IMG/VR virus record: IMGVR_UViG_3300042558_005646 | Strand: one strand, 5' to 3' | Length of the DNA: 64,000 bases | From: a virus | Shown: positions 46,568 to 56,981 of the stretch, piece by piece | How the letters are laid out: each line of letters opens with the position of its first letter | How positions within the stretch are numbered: the first letter of the stretch is position 1 | Made by a program: the position numbers and the translations under genes | The notes under the pieces: generated by a model | Seen by the model: only the letters and a program-made list of their open reading frames with translations | Told to the model about the DNA's origin: nothing | Database searches by the model: none

Positions 46568-47788
46568 TTAGTCTAGCATTTGCTTTGCAGCAATATCAAA
46601 ATCAATTCCACCATCGTCACCATCATCATCATCTTCATCTACATCGTCAGAAGATGGACCTTTACTGATTGCTTCAAGAAGATCAGTAAGTGGCTTACCA
46701 ACTACTTTCAAACGACCACAAATAAATTCAAATGCTGTAGTAGAATTATCATTACGAGTACGCTTTTCAGGAGCTGGTTGAACCAATAAAAGTTTACAGA
46801 ATTCATATGGGTCTTTAGATTCAATAACTTCTCCAGTATCAACGTTCGTATAAATAAACTTCTTACGAACTTCCTTGACGTATTCAAATCCCTTAGCCTT
46901 GGCCTTATAGAGAAATTCATCAACAGGATTAGTAGTTTCATCATCAGTGAACATAATCTTAAATTCACCAGTTACACCAGGCTGTCCGTAACGAGTTTTC
47001 ATAACAAGAACTTTGCTCTTGCCACCAATTACTACATCTTTACCTTCAGCATCCTTCTTGGTAACTTGTCCAGCAGCACCGTTGATCTTATTAATCCACA
47101 GACGCATATGTGTGAAGTAGTTCATTGCATTACCGCCAGAAGCAGTTTTCGCCATTGTTCCAGGCATCACCCCAGCGCCCATATAGAGCTGATTGATCAG
47201 TACAACAATAGTTCCAGATGCAGCAGTCTTAGCAGTTAAGTCTTTAGTTAGTCTTTTTACAAAACGAGCATGCAATCCAATAGTCTGAACTTGTTCCATA
47301 GATTTGACTAATTCATCGTTAGGTATCATTGCTGAAATTGAGTCAACAACAATTACAGAATAGTCTCCAGTTTCCACCATATACTTGAGTAGTTCACCGT
47401 ACTTTTCTGCAGAGCCAACATTTTCAATAAGTAAAAGTTGACTAGTGTTGACGCCACAAGATAAGGCACGTAAAGGATAGTATGAATTCTCAATGTTAAA
47501 GAAAGCACACTTCTTGCCCATTTTTTGAGCCTCAGCAATTAGCTTATAGCCAAGCCAAGTTTTGCCAGACTGTGATTCACCACAAAATTCAATCAATGTG
47601 CCAGTAGGAATTCCCATACCTGCTCCTAAGATTGAATCAACTTCAAACACACCTGTAGGAATAAATTCAATATTCTCTACATCACCAGACTTAATACACT
47701 TTTCGTCAATACCAAGTGCCTTAAGTTTCTGCTTCAATAAACGCTCTTGATCTTTGTCAATTGCTTCGTTTAGTTCTTTTCTAGCCAT
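46568..47788 (-). CDS. recA: RecA-family recombinase
   Basis: IPTG, GESQSGKT, VVDSISAM, LINQL, SGGNAMNYF. Confidence 0.9.
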   Translation of the reverse strand: MARKELNEAIDKDQERLLKQKLKALGIDEKCIKSGDVENIEFIPTGVFEVDSILGAGMGIPTGTLIEFCGESQSGKTWLGYKLIAEAQKMGKKCAFFNIENSYYPLRALSCGVNTSQLLLIENVGSAEKYGELLKYMVETGDYSVIVVDSISAMIPNDELVKSMEQVQTIGLHARFVKRLTKDLTAKTAASGTIVVLINQLYMGAGVMPGTMAKTASGGNAMNYFTHMRLWINKINGAAGQVTKKDAEGKDVVIGGKSKVLVMKTRYGQPGVTGEFKIMFTDDETTNPVDEFLYKAKAKGFEYVKEVRKKFIYTNVDTGEVIESKDPYEFCKLLLVQPAPEKRTRNDNSTTAFEFICGRLKVVGKPLTDLLEAISKGPSSDDVDEDDDDGDDGGIDFDIAAKQMLD

Positions 47789-47802
47789 ATTTTGCTCCTA
47801 AA

Positions 47803-47827
47803 AAGGGATGGAATAAATCCATCCCTT
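47803..47827 (-). terminator. Hairpin terminator between ssb and recA
   Basis: AAGGGATGGA-N5-TCCATCCCTT, then TTT and the recA RBS. Confidence 0.75.
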
Positions 47828-47832
47828 CAAGA

Positions 47833-48846
47833 TTACTTCTTTCCCATCCAGCCTAATGAGACGTCGCTATCATCATCGTCGTCATCATCATCTTCATCAA
47901 GAACTACAGCTTTTTTGGCAGTGCGAGCTGGCTTAGGAGCAGGAACGAATTCCTCTTCATCATCATCTTCATCTTCCTCAACAACTGGAGCTGGCTTAGC
48001 AACAGGCTTAGGAGCTTCAACAGGAGGTGAAACCTTGTAAGATGCGGATACAACTTCTGCTTCAGCATTCTTGGGAGCAGTGAATTTGAAGATCTTGGTC
48101 AATGGATATCCATAGGCAAAGAAATCTTCCCACTCAGGCATATTAGGATCTTCATCACGATCAGATTTGTAATTTACACGCTCTTTCATAAGATCTTCAG
48201 TAGATGGTTCGCCAGCCTTGCGAAGCAACTCAACCATTTCATCTGTAATATAAGTAGGCTTACCCTCAAAATAAAGAGTGTAATCTACTGAAAGAGGAGC
48301 TGGCTGACCAGTAGCTGTAGCAGTAATCTTTACACAAGGGGAATTACGAGTGCCATAATGACGACCATCGCCATCTTCATTCTCATTATCTTCATAATTC
48401 TGAATTGTCTGCTCAGCAATACGATTGAAGATGCTCTTACCCTTCTTAAGAATCTTTGGTGCCCAAGTACCATCTTCTTGCTTTTCAAGAACATTTTGAG
48501 CATACTGAGTAGTACCAATATAACCCATCTTTTTCCATGGGCACTGTGAAGGATCATCATGTCCAATTCGAACAAATGACTTATTCATGTCAGCGTCAGG
48601 GAATGGAACACGCTGAGTCTTTCCTCGAAGAGAAGAATCATTATTTGGATTTGGAACATAAACTTTGTCAGTGAATTCTGTAAAAGAAATCGGATCACCA
48701 ATAAGCTTTAGACGGCGAACAACCTTAGGTGTATCTTTGACAGAAAGGTTGACGAGAATATCCTGTAAACGAGGAAAAGAATTACGAGGCTGTGATGATG
48801 CATTTGATTGGGCAACCATCTTTGTAGCAGAAACACGTCGAGTCAT
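47833..48846 (-). CDS. Single-stranded DNA-binding protein (gp32-like)
   Basis: Aromatic-rich core, KILKKGKSIF segment, long acidic tail; adjacent to recA. Confidence 0.6.
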   Translation of the reverse strand: MTRRVSATKMVAQSNASSQPRNSFPRLQDILVNLSVKDTPKVVRRLKLIGDPISFTEFTDKVYVPNPNNDSSLRGKTQRVPFPDADMNKSFVRIGHDDPSQCPWKKMGYIGTTQYAQNVLEKQEDGTWAPKILKKGKSIFNRIAEQTIQNYEDNENEDGDGRHYGTRNSPCVKITATATGQPAPLSVDYTLYFEGKPTYITDEMVELLRKAGEPSTEDLMKERVNYKSDRDEDPNMPEWEDFFAYGYPLTKIFKFTAPKNAEAEVVSASYKVSPPVEAPKPVAKPAPVVEEDEDDDEEEFVPAPKPARTAKKAVVLDEDDDDDDDDSDVSLGWMGKK

Positions 48847-48923
48847 TTTATTTTTCTCCAATTGGGCTCTTCCGTCCCACATTTTTTAGTTTACTTTATG
48901 TTTTGTGCTTAAGCAATAGAAAT

Positions 48924-49673
48924 TTAGGAAATTCTTGCATTTCTAGTTTTTACTATAGCATTCCCTTTATTCATGGGAGTTTTATCTTTCGAGTAAAGAT
49001 TAGACATACCCTCTGAATTGAAGGATTGGTTGATTCTGGATAAAGCTTGATGCTCACGCAAAATTCTATCCATTTGAGATGCTGCAAATTCAATATTTTT
49101 CAAGTATTGCTCCAAATATGTTAGCAGCCTTTTGGAGTTTGTCATCGGAATGACAAATGGGTGTACAGTGAATGCAGCATTAGCATCTTTATCTTTTGCT
49201 GTCCCTGTAGATAATTTTATAGCCATTTCTCGAAGGTTTTTATGTGCTTGAGAAATCATTTCATAGTGAGCAAAAACAACAGACATTATTTCAGTCAATC
49301 TATTTCTGTACTGTACTTGTAAAGCATAAGCAGCTGAAAACGATTCAAATGCATAGTCATCTTTACTTGGAATAGAAACATCCCATTGCCTTATTTCTTT
49401 GCGAATTTCAATTTCATCATAGTATGGCAAAAGACTAATTGCATCTTGCCAAATTTGTACTTCTTTAGCAAATGAATCTTCAGTGACACCTTTGAGACGG
49501 CTTACTAAATCTTTTGAAAAATTGGGATCTTTCCATGAAACAGTTTCAGGCATAGGAGCCCAATCCAATGATGCAAGCAAAATTGAATTTTCTTCATCAA
49601 AATCTTCATCTTCTTCTGTCTTGATGTTAAAATCAGGATCTGCATATTCTTCGTATTCGTCAAAAATTCCCAT
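48924..49673 (-). CDS. Hypothetical helical protein (possible recombination mediator)
   Basis: Acidic N-terminus and coiled coils; between dnaE and ssb. Confidence 0.4.
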   Translation of the reverse strand: MGIFDEYEEYADPDFNIKTEEDEDFDEENSILLASLDWAPMPETVSWKDPNFSKDLVSRLKGVTEDSFAKEVQIWQDAISLLPYYDEIEIRKEIRQWDVSIPSKDDYAFESFSAAYALQVQYRNRLTEIMSVVFAHYEMISQAHKNLREMAIKLSTGTAKDKDANAAFTVHPFVIPMTNSKRLLTYLEQYLKNIEFAASQMDRILREHQALSRINQSFNSEGMSNLYSKDKTPMNKGNAIVKTRNARIS

Positions 49674-49681
49674 AATATTTC

Positions 49682-52600
49682 CTAATCAAATAAACCATCA
49701 CTCAATAAAGTCTTGATTGTTGATGAAGTAGATTTAGTCTTTCTTTCTTTGTTGTTAATTATATCATCATATGACACAGAATTTTTCTCTGAAAGTTTCT
49801 GCATCCTTAGAGAATTCTTTTCTTCTCTATTTCTTTCTGCAACAATATTGTCCCAGTATTCCATGAAATCTTCTACAACTTCAAATTGTAAAGTATCAGA
49901 CAAGCAACTTAATGCATCATGTTCTGCAAGAAATGCTACCATACCACGATTAGGACGAGCTCTGTAAGCTAAATCCTTACAATCTTCATACGGTTGATGC
50001 TCTACAATATCGATAGCTCTAGCACCTACACCCTTGATAGCAGAAAGAGGAAGTAAAATTTCGCCCTTTTTGTTTACAGTGGTTTCAACACCAGATTCAT
50101 TTACATTAGCTGCTTTTACTGGAATACGATCCATGCTACATTCTTTAAGTAGAACAGCAAGTTTATCTTCATCAAGTCTATCAATTTGAATACAAGCAGC
50201 CAACCACTCAGAAGGATAATAATTACGTAAATAAGCAGTGTAATAAGAAAGTAAAGCATACGAACAAGCGTGAGATCTATTAAACGCATATCCACCAAAT
50301 TTAGCCATCAATGCAAGAACTTCATCAACAATTGCTTCTGGAATTCCACGCTCTTTGCTTTTAGTAGAAAATAAATTACAAACATCATCAAAATCTTTTC
50401 CTGATTTTTTTGAAATTGCTTTACGTAATTTATCAACTTGCTGCCATGTGAAACCAGCCATATCACGAGCTAAGAACATAGCTTGCTCTTGATAAACCAT
50501 AATTCCATAAGTTACAGAAAGATGCTTTTCAATAATAGGATGAGCATATTGAATTGTTTCTGGATGTCTTTTGCCTTCTGCGTATTGAGGAATATAATCC
50601 ATAGGACCAGGACGATAAAGCGCAGCAACAGCAATCAAGTCTTCAATATTACTAGCATTTACATCACGAAGAGCTTGTTGCATTCCTTTTGATGCAAATT
50701 GGAATACGCTTGCAGTTTTACCTCTAGCATAAATGTTCTTGAAAATTTTTGCATCATCAAGATTAATCTTCTTGAAATCGATATCTTTATTATGTAGCCT
50801 CTTGATATGCTCCAAACATAAAGCAACTTGATGAAATGCAGCAAGTCCAAGAAAATCATATTTGACAAGCCCTACACGTTCGACATTTTTCATATCGTAT
50901 GCAGAACATAGGTTGCCTTTTGAATTTTCTATTGGAGCGTGAAGATACAGGGGTTCAGAACATACAAGAACACCAGAAGCGTGAACACCAAAATTAGAAT
51001 ATGTTCCAACTAATTGAATGGCGCTATCTAATTCTTCTTTCCACTGGTTATAGTAATGCTTAAACTCTTCATTTTCTTGAATAGTTTCTTCGATTGTTGT
51101 TCCTGGTTTTTTAGAAATACAAGCAGAAATCTTTAAAGCTTGATTGTGAAAATCATTAGGGTATGTATCTTGAAAATTTGTTGAAGCTTTAAGACATCCA
51201 ACAACAGAGTTTTTTGCAGCGTATTTACCCCAAGTACCAATTTGCGCTACGTGATCTTCTCCAAATCTATCTTTAGTCCAATCGATTACTTCAGAACGAC
51301 GAGAATCATCAATATCAGTATCAACGTCAGGAAGAGCGGCAACTTTAGAGATTACAAGACCATCACTAGGCATTTCTTCAGTAATTTCTAAAATATGAGC
51401 AGTCCAAAGTTGAGATTCATTATTCTTAGTTTTAATGCCCATTTTTGCAAGATTATAAATGTATGAAGAAAGACCTTGATTCTCCAATACCCATAATTCT
51501 TTTTCAATTTCAGGCTCAAATTTCTTATATTCAGGAAAATATTCTAACCATTGTTTGGTGATATTTCTTAACTTCTTACTGTAAGGAATTTGATCCATTT
51601 CACCATATTCATTGATGAATTGTTTTGCTGGAAATTCAGATATATCTATACTGTATTGAGTTCCACGGCCAGGGTTTAGGAAGCGTTCAAACATCAAATT
51701 CCAACGTACTGGATCTACATTACAAACCTCAAGACAGAAGTTTACTAATGATCCAACACCAGATCCACGAATGCCAAAATGGATGTCTTTATGCTTCATG
51801 AACTCGACTAATTCTCTTTGAATTAAGAAGTAGTCAGTTACACCCATGTACCAAATTTGACGCAATTCACTATCAAGACGAGCTAGATAATTGTTAGTAA
51901 ATAAATTTGCTTGACGTAAACCAGAGATACAAAGGAAAGCTAAATAAGCTTCATTTGCTTTGTGGTGAGGAAGTTTAGATTTCCAGAAATTATTGAACTC
52001 TTGATTGTCTTTTGGAATACGAGCAGCTGGAAGTAAGTGAGGAACGTCAAGCTTAAAGAAATCTTCCACCATTTCAGATATAAGGACAGAATTCTTTAAT
52101 GCATCAGGCACACTCGAACCAAAAATCTTATGCATATCATCATAAGGTTTTAGATAGAATTGATGACTTCCGTAAGCTTCTTTTTTGCCATTCTTCTTGT
52201 CAGTTCTGCTGTCTCTTTGATCACGCATTTGGATAAGAACATCATGGATTTTCCAGTCTAGTTTATCAAGATAGTGAACATCATTAGAAGCTACAACTGG
52301 AAGATCATATTTATTGGCAATATCTAGGAGGAAGGGCGTATTGTGTGCTTGTTCATCAATTCCGTGATGTTGCAATTCAATGAAATATCGATCTTGAAAT
52401 ACATTTTTGAAGCGATTGACAACACTATTAGCTGTTTCAACATCTTCTCTCATTAGGGATTGATTAAGTTCAGAAGCAAGACAGCCTGAAAGAGCAATTA
52501 CGCCTTCAGAGTGCTTTTCAATACAGCCCCAGTCAACACGAGGAGAATAATAGAAGGCATCAGGATCATTGCCAAGAGCGGAAAGAGAAAGAAGATTCTT

Positions 52601-52927
52601 ATATCCTGTTTCATTTTGAGCAAGAAGAGTTAGATGGTTTAATTTTTTACGCCGACCATCTTCTGTTTTACTCTTGTCAAAACGATCTTCACAAGTGTAA
52701 ACTTCTATGCCAATGATAGGTTTGATTGGATCTAAGGTGCTATAGGAGCGACAAGCTTCAACAAATTCTACAGCACCACCCATTTTTCCATGATCTGTAA
52801 TTGCTGCAGCTCGGAATCCCATTTCTCGTGCTTTAAGTGCATATTTGGCTGGAGTAGGGAGAGCATCTTGTATGGAAAAATGCGTATGGGCGTGTAAATG
52901 AACGAAATCTTTATTAGAACTACACAT
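49682..52927 (-). CDS. dnaE: DNA polymerase III alpha subunit
   Basis: PHP motifs HAH, TDHG, SNDVH; RGSG, FERFLNP, PDVDTD, HASG, KYDFLGL, YAFNRSHA; ends DGLFD. Confidence 0.96.
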   Translation of the reverse strand: MCSSNKDFVHLHAHTHFSIQDALPTPAKYALKAREMGFRAAAITDHGKMGGAVEFVEACRSYSTLDPIKPIIGIEVYTCEDRFDKSKTEDGRRKKLNHLTLLAQNETGYKNLLSLSALGNDPDAFYYSPRVDWGCIEKHSEGVIALSGCLASELNQSLMREDVETANSVVNRFKNVFQDRYFIELQHHGIDEQAHNTPFLLDIANKYDLPVVASNDVHYLDKLDWKIHDVLIQMRDQRDSRTDKKNGKKEAYGSHQFYLKPYDDMHKIFGSSVPDALKNSVLISEMVEDFFKLDVPHLLPAARIPKDNQEFNNFWKSKLPHHKANEAYLAFLCISGLRQANLFTNNYLARLDSELRQIWYMGVTDYFLIQRELVEFMKHKDIHFGIRGSGVGSLVNFCLEVCNVDPVRWNLMFERFLNPGRGTQYSIDISEFPAKQFINEYGEMDQIPYSKKLRNITKQWLEYFPEYKKFEPEIEKELWVLENQGLSSYIYNLAKMGIKTKNNESQLWTAHILEITEEMPSDGLVISKVAALPDVDTDIDDSRRSEVIDWTKDRFGEDHVAQIGTWGKYAAKNSVVGCLKASTNFQDTYPNDFHNQALKISACISKKPGTTIEETIQENEEFKHYYNQWKEELDSAIQLVGTYSNFGVHASGVLVCSEPLYLHAPIENSKGNLCSAYDMKNVERVGLVKYDFLGLAAFHQVALCLEHIKRLHNKDIDFKKINLDDAKIFKNIYARGKTASVFQFASKGMQQALRDVNASNIEDLIAVAALYRPGPMDYIPQYAEGKRHPETIQYAHPIIEKHLSVTYGIMVYQEQAMFLARDMAGFTWQQVDKLRKAISKKSGKDFDDVCNLFSTKSKERGIPEAIVDEVLALMAKFGGYAFNRSHACSYALLSYYTAYLRNYYPSEWLAACIQIDRLDEDKLAVLLKECSMDRIPVKAANVNESGVETTVNKKGEILLPLSAIKGVGARAIDIVEHQPYEDCKDLAYRARPNRGMVAFLAEHDALSCLSDTLQFEVVEDFMEYWDNIVAERNREEKNSLRMQKLSEKNSVSYDDIINNKERKTKSTSSTIKTLLSDGLFD

Positions 52928-52977
52928 AAAATGCCTCTTTCACAAGCGCCGTCAAAGACAGTCATACACTTGTAATA

Positions 52978-53775
52978 TTAGAGAATTGCTTTATTGCGAC
53001 TCGAATAAAGTTTACCATTTTTTTCGTGATAATGCCTTGGTTCTAAATTAAGAATCAGGTTTTTATCAATTACTTTCAATGCCTTTGGACGAGTTCGCAA
53101 AGGCAATCTGTCAAACTCCAATAGCCTATAAGAATTAGAAATTTGTTTACAGATAATATAAGAATAATTTTTTTGGATGAGTTTGAGTTTCTTATACTCT
53201 TGCACTTGCTCATTTGTAAGGGATAATTTTGTCTTTTTTAAAGTTTTATCTATAACTTCGTGGTTTTGCCTTGAAGATATATATTTGCAATTTTTTATAG
53301 CATTTCTTATAGTAGATTCGCTTTGTCCAGTATAGAAAGAAATAGTTTGTATGGCTACTGGTCTTTCGTCTTCATAACGAGCAGTGAAAATAGAAATCAA
53401 TAATTCTTTGACATGTTTAGAACTTTGACTTTGAAGAGCTGAAATTGGAACTGCTACAGGTTTTGATCTAGTAATTTCAGGCTTTAGACGATTGATTATT
53501 CTGTTTATAGAAAATAAACAAACAGTCTTTTTACCTGTACTACCGTGAGGAGTTGTCCAATAAAGATCAACTCCTTTTTTTATTTTTTCATAAACAAAAG
53601 TAGATGAAAATTGAAATACTTTTTTAGCTATATTTAAAATTTCTTCAACAGGAACGATACCAGAATTATTCTCATCAATTAATTTGGAAATAGCCCAAAG
53701 AATATAAACATCCACTTCATTGTGTTTTAAGACTTGGGCTATTACTTCAGGATTGAGAATTATCGTTTTGGACAT
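52978..53775 (-). CDS. Putative HTH DNA-binding protein
   Basis: IQTISFYTGQSESTIRNAIK HTH-like segment; basic. Confidence 0.4.
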   Translation of the reverse strand: MSKTIILNPEVIAQVLKHNEVDVYILWAISKLIDENNSGIVPVEEILNIAKKVFQFSSTFVYEKIKKGVDLYWTTPHGSTGKKTVCLFSINRIINRLKPEITRSKPVAVPISALQSQSSKHVKELLISIFTARYEDERPVAIQTISFYTGQSESTIRNAIKNCKYISSRQNHEVIDKTLKKTKLSLTNEQVQEYKKLKLIQKNYSYIICKQISNSYRLLEFDRLPLRTRPKALKVIDKNLILNLEPRHYHEKNGKLYSSRNKAIL

Positions 53776-53992
53776 TGTTAGCTAAATCTTCTAGTATCTT
53801 ATTGGCTCCAGACCAAAAAATATACTCATAAATTTCTTCATCAGTATATCCTGGATTTTCTGCTAACATAAGCTGATTGATAAAATGAACTTTATTTGCA
53901 GTGAAACCTTTGACTAAAATATTAACTGGAATTTCTACTGGGGCCTTATCTAAAGTCATTTTTAGTTTTTCAATAATTTCAGTGCTGTTCAT
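53747..53992 (-). CDS. Hypothetical protein
   Basis: 81-aa ORF overlapping both neighbours. Confidence 0.45.
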   Translation of the reverse strand: MNSTEIIEKLKMTLDKAPVEIPVNILVKGFTANKVHFINQLMLAENPGYTDEEIYEYIFWSGANKILEDLANNVQNDNSQS

Positions 53993-54650
53993 TTAATTCT
54001 CCCATCTTTATTTTTGCATCTTTGATAAAAGTTTTCCATAGACTATTTAGGGCTTGATGATTATTTTTATGCAATTCGTCATCTATTTGCTTATAAACAG
54101 AATCAGTCCAATCAATAAATTTTGGATTTAAGTTGGTAAGCCTTTCGTATTTCTTAATCTTTTCAGAAAAAGCAATAAGGAAATTTACTTCACTTACTCC
54201 ACCAGGGTAATTGCTAGAATTGTTTTCTTTTTCAAGGTATTTCTTTATAGTATTGTTTACTTCACGCATAATATATTTAGCGTCAAAGTCAACAGTTTCT
54301 ATGTCAATATTTGCATATATAGAAAGCTTTTGAATTGCTTCTATAAAATTAAATCCTTCTACTTCTTGAACAAGCTTTATTAAGTCTCCAGATGCTCCAC
54401 AGCCAAAACAATTGTATGTATTTGAAGCAACGTTAACTCCAAAAGATGGATTATTGTCGTTGTGATCAGGCATTGGGCATCTTGTATTAGCCCAATCACT
54501 ATTTTTTGAAATTATAAAATCTGAATCGTAAACAGACTCCATAAATTCCATAATATTAATTGATTCAACAAGATTGTCAATAAAATTTCTTGTTATCTTA
54601 GTGCTGTTCAAAGAGCATCCAATCTGGAACTTGAAGTTCACGATCATCAT
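53979..54650 (-). CDS. Stand-alone primase zinc-binding (CHC2) domain protein
   Basis: CPMPDHNDNNPSF...YNCFGCGASGDLIKLV...F.EAI..L. Confidence 0.85.
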   Translation of the reverse strand: MMIVNFKFQIGCSLNSTKITRNFIDNLVESINIMEFMESVYDSDFIISKNSDWANTRCPMPDHNDNNPSFGVNVASNTYNCFGCGASGDLIKLVQEVEGFNFIEAIQKLSIYANIDIETVDFDAKYIMREVNNTIKKYLEKENNSSNYPGGVSEVNFLIAFSEKIKKYERLTNLNPKFIDWTDSVYKQIDDELHKNNHQALNSLWKTFIKDAKIKMGELNEQH

Positions 54651-56190
54651 CTAGATTTACTGGAGTGTAATCATCTTCTTCTTCAACTTGATCTTTGTCA
54701 AAAACATTATCATCAAATGCAGAAGCAGGACGTTTGATAGGAGTTTTGCCATCTGTTTTTGGCAATTCTTTAACAGTAGTATTTCCTGTGGCTACTCCAT
54801 GTAAGGCCAGAATTTGTTGTTGTTCTTCTTCTTCGAGTTCAGTAACTTTATTGAATTCTCTATTCATTCGGATAGGAAATGGATTAAACCAAGCATCACG
54901 CATTTTGACAGGATGCAAAATACAATATCCATGTTCTCTGTTGGGTTCCATAGCAATTGCGTAAGTACAAAGGTGCATCAAATTTTGTCCACCAGATGCA
55001 GCAGCTTGATCATAAGACATAAATTTCTTTTCATCTTTTGACTTACGTGAATCCCTAATTGTATCCCGATTGATCTGTTGAGCCGTAAGTACTGGAATAT
55101 TGTATCTTTTGGCAAGCAAAAACAAACCCTTTACAGCTTGAGACTGATTTTCCCAATCTTTTGCTCCAGCAGTTGCTTTACGCACAGTCATATTTCCAAT
55201 ATAGTCAACAACAAGTAAGTCTGGTTTACCTTTAGAAGCAATTAATTCTCTTATTTTTTGGTCAATGTATTCAGGAGTAGGATCTTCCATGTTGACATCG
55301 TATTCAAAATAAGGGCCATCTTCTTGAGATTTCAGACCATCATAAATTGTTTTCATTTCATCTGGAGATAAGTCAGTTCCCTTAATTTGATCATAAGGAA
55401 TTTCAAAACTTAATGAAACGTGGCGAAGCAAACAAAGCCAAGAGTTCATTTCAAAAGATAAGTAAAGAACTTTCTTTTTACAAACTTTATTTGCATGTAA
55501 AGCTGAGTTTAAGAGCATGACACTCTTACCACCAGAAGATGGAGCAAGGAATACAATAATTTGACCAGGCATCCAACCAAAAGTCTTAGAGTCTATGTTA
55601 CTAATTCCGCATTCAATACCTTTATATAATTCAGGTTGAGTAAGACGTTTTTGATATTCATTTTTGAAAAAATCAGCGCTATCTGAAACATCAAAATTTT
55701 GCTTGTCATTAAATGAATCAGTAATGTCAGCTTGAATAATATCTATCTTGTCTTGAATTGTTTCAATCGTCTTTTTCAAGTTGCCTTCAGAAAGATATTC
55801 ATTGGTTTCTTCAAAAGCTATTGTGAGGTTGCGAAGACCTGCAAATTTCTTGAGTTGTGAAATAACTTCAAAGAAATCATTTTCATCACAGTCAGAATTT
55901 TCAATTTCATCCCACAAAGAGACTAATTTACGTCTATCAATTTCTTTTACTTTGTGTTCATTGAGTTTAGATTCTAAGACAAATGAAGTTACAAGACTCC
56001 CTTTGCTTTCTTCCCAATATTGTTGAATAAGTGCAAATAAGCTTTTTGTATACGACAATTTCTCATTTTGTTCTTGAAAAACAAAATGATCTAGAGACAA
56101 GTTTCTCAAGAGTGCTTTGTCCATACACCTAGTACTTTTGGTGATTGCAGACAAACACATAATTTCCAATGTTCTTTGATCTAATTTCAT
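54598..56190 (-). CDS. dnaB: DnaB-like replicative helicase
   Basis: APSSGGKS, LSFEMN, VVDYIG, TAQQINR; ATGA overlap with the upstream stop. Confidence 0.85.
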   Translation of the reverse strand: MKLDQRTLEIMCLSAITKSTRCMDKALLRNLSLDHFVFQEQNEKLSYTKSLFALIQQYWEESKGSLVTSFVLESKLNEHKVKEIDRRKLVSLWDEIENSDCDENDFFEVISQLKKFAGLRNLTIAFEETNEYLSEGNLKKTIETIQDKIDIIQADITDSFNDKQNFDVSDSADFFKNEYQKRLTQPELYKGIECGISNIDSKTFGWMPGQIIVFLAPSSGGKSVMLLNSALHANKVCKKKVLYLSFEMNSWLCLLRHVSLSFEIPYDQIKGTDLSPDEMKTIYDGLKSQEDGPYFEYDVNMEDPTPEYIDQKIRELIASKGKPDLLVVDYIGNMTVRKATAGAKDWENQSQAVKGLFLLAKRYNIPVLTAQQINRDTIRDSRKSKDEKKFMSYDQAAASGGQNLMHLCTYAIAMEPNREHGYCILHPVKMRDAWFNPFPIRMNREFNKVTELEEEEQQQILALHGVATGNTTVKELPKTDGKTPIKRPASAFDDNVFDKDQVEEEDDYTPVNLDDDRELQVPDWMLFEQH

Positions 56191-56981
56191 CTTGTGTATG
56201 GCAATCTCATAGTTAAACAATTACGCAATAAGGAATTCCATCCTGAACTGCTACTAACAGAAGAAGCTCCCCCAGAAACCATTAGGACAAAAGGTTTTCC
56301 AGAGTTTACCCTGGATTTTGCTAGTCTGTCCAAATTTTGAGGAAATTGAGGATGAGTGTGTTTGTACTGTTCAATGCCATCAATTGCAATGAAATCAAGA
56401 TTTTTGAACTCTTCGTTCATTTTGTCGAATTCATCTTTTTTGTCAAAATCACTCAAGATGCTTATAATTTCAGTCCAATCATAATATTTGGCTGACAATC
56501 CTTTTTTTATTGCTGATTGAACAAGTACAGCAGCGATAAAAGTTTTTCCACTTCCAACTTTACCGTCAAATATCAATGACTGTAATTTGGTCCTCATGTT
56601 GCCTGTGTGAATAATGGTTGGAGAGTCATTGTTTAGGATGTTTACTAAATTCTTTTCAAAGTAAGTAAGCATTTTGTAAACTCTTTCACTGTTGATTTGC
56701 TCCATCCCCAAATCTCTTCCATGAGCGTCAGTTCGAGTGTTCCAATCATCAATAGTTTTACCAATAAAAATTCTTGGCACATTGGATTTAGCATATAGTT
56801 CTTTGAGAAATTTTTCTTTCTCACAAGAACACATTACAGATTTACCTTTTATGTTTGTGGTGTAGCCAGAATAATCACAAAGAGGACACCCAATGCCTTT
56901 GCTGATTTTGTATCTTCTAGCACCTTCTTTAAGGTTATCTACAGTAAGTCCCAGTATATCTTTGAAATCTGGCTCATTCAT
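56187..56981 (-). CDS. DnaC/IstB-like helicase loader ATPase
   Basis: CPLC...CSC, GKVGSGKT, FIAIDGI. Confidence 0.75.
   Translation of the reverse strand: MNEPDFKDILGLTVDNLKEGARRYKISKGIGCPLCDYSGYTTNIKGKSVMCSCEKEKFLKELYAKSNVPRIFIGKTIDDWNTRTDAHGRDLGMEQINSERVYKMLTYFEKNLVNILNNDSPTIIHTGNMRTKLQSLIFDGKVGSGKTFIAAVLVQSAIKKGLSAKYYDWTEIISILSDFDKKDEFDKMNEEFKNLDFIAIDGIEQYKHTHPQFPQNLDRLAKSRVNSGKPFVLMVSGGASSVSSSSGWNSLLRNCLTMRLPYTR

Noticed and set aside
20077-56190. Inteins or introns in terL, nrdA, recA, dnaE, dnaB
   Set aside because: The TerL and DnaE insertions lack C/S...HN termini and LAGLIDADG motifs; the other ORFs are uninterrupted
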